Shown here in pieces: positions 63,234 to 64,000 of a stretch of 64,000 nt of DNA. A program made the position numbers and the translations under genes. This DNA comes from Candidatus Latescibacterota bacterium (GTDB taxonomy: Bacteria; Latescibacterota; CBDEFO01), in contig OZ252149.1 of assembly GCA_965248755.1 (NCBI GenBank), positions 576,001 through 640,000 of the forward strand, written 5' to 3'. How positions within the stretch are numbered: position 1 is the stretch's first letter; every line of letters begins with the position of its first letter. Under the pieces are notes generated by a model, which saw only the letters and a list, made by a program, of their open reading frames with translations, was not told the origin of the DNA and did no database searches.

Positions 63234-64000
63234 TCATTTAATCACGACTATCTTGCCGAACGCCTCATCACCTCTGTCGGTGCTTATGCGATAGAAATAG
63301 ACCCCGTTTGCTACGGTATCTCCCACCCCGTTCGTGCCGTCCCACTTCTGATTGTGATTCCTTGCACCCGCTCTCAGTTCCTCCTCCACTAAAACCTTAA
63401 CCAAACGACTAACAAAATCGTATATTTTAATAGTAACAGATGCGGGTTCAGATAGACTGTATTGGATTCTGACTGCCCTATCTTCGGAAGCCGAAAACGG
63501 ATTCGGATAGGCATAAGTTTTGATATTCTCCTTTTCTGCGGCCTCATCTACGGCTACACCCTTGTCAATCGAGAGCGTCCTTACGAAGGTCTTTAAAATC
63601 CTCCAACTCCCACCTGAATCTAATGACCTTCCGAGACCGTTTTCTGATCCTGTCCACAGTACAGAACCTACTCTTTCTACGCCCACGAATCTTCCCTCTA
63701 ACTCCTCCCTGGAGATAGAATCTACCACCTTTATTCTATCCCAACTTTTTCCCTGGTCGTCCGATGTAAAAAGTCCTCTATCCGTAGTAGGCCACACAGT
63801 ACCATCGGAAAAGACGAAATTCCACGCGGCAGTTTCAAAGGCGCTGTCCACCTGCGTCACCCCCCACGTTAACCCACCGTCAGATGAAAAACTTATGCCG
63901 TCTCTTTCCCAGGGATTAAGCGTCCGTTTTGTCCCCGCCCAGATTATCGTCTTCCCGCCAATTTGCTGTCTGGATAGGACCACAACCCAATTGCCGGAGA
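63234..64000 (-). CDS. BNR/Asp-box beta-propeller protein with FlgD-Ig C-terminal domain (5' partial)
   Basis: SSDGGLTW, SDDQGKSW and SLDSGGSW; YAYPNPFS...WDGTN...ANGVYFYR...GKIVVIK; frame open to the window end. Confidence 0.85.
   Translation of the reverse strand, partial: SGNWVVVLSRQQIGGKTIIWAGTKRTLNPWERDGISFSSDGGLTWGVTQVDSAFETAAWNFVFSDGTVWPTTDRGLFTSDDQGKSWDRIKVVDSISREELEGRFVGVERVGSVLWTGSENGLGRSLDSGGSWRILKTFVRTLSIDKGVAVDEAAEKENIKTYAYPNPFSASEDRAVRIQYSLSEPASVTIKIYDFVSRLVKVLVEEELRAGARNHNQKWDGTNGVGDTVANGVYFYRISTDRGDEAFGKIVVIK

Overview
Bacterial chromosomal window, roughly 50% GC by eye. It is probably from an uncultured FCB-group lineage such as Latescibacterota; this is inferred from FlgD-Ig/T9SS-like C-terminal domains, cohesin-dockerin proteins and PorV/PorQ-family genes. 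Housekeeping and envelope genes (dapA, dapB, pyrF, AmiC-like amidase, GT2, Omp85, site-2 protease) alternate with large secreted modular proteins and an FHA/Ser-Thr kinase/PP2C/CHASE2-cyclase signalling cluster. The best-supported discovery is an ISEcp1-like IS1380 transposition unit at 42632-49991. It carries about 5.7 kb of chromosomal-type genes and split an FG-GAP/cohesin/dockerin/FlgD gene. It is flanked by a TTTGA duplication, and removing it in silico restores a 610-aa ORF. A second IS1380 copy probably formed a similar unit (11205-14660, CTTAA duplication, phoD-like passenger). Other features are a decaying GC-rich island (about 28180-34891) next to an IS1595, a cohesin-dockerin-cohesin-CTD protein family with a candidate PorV/PorQ-lipoprotein export locus, heptamer and palindrome repeats that encode signal peptides, and a structured terminator-containing leader upstream of the cyclase. 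All calls are by eye; no database searches were run.
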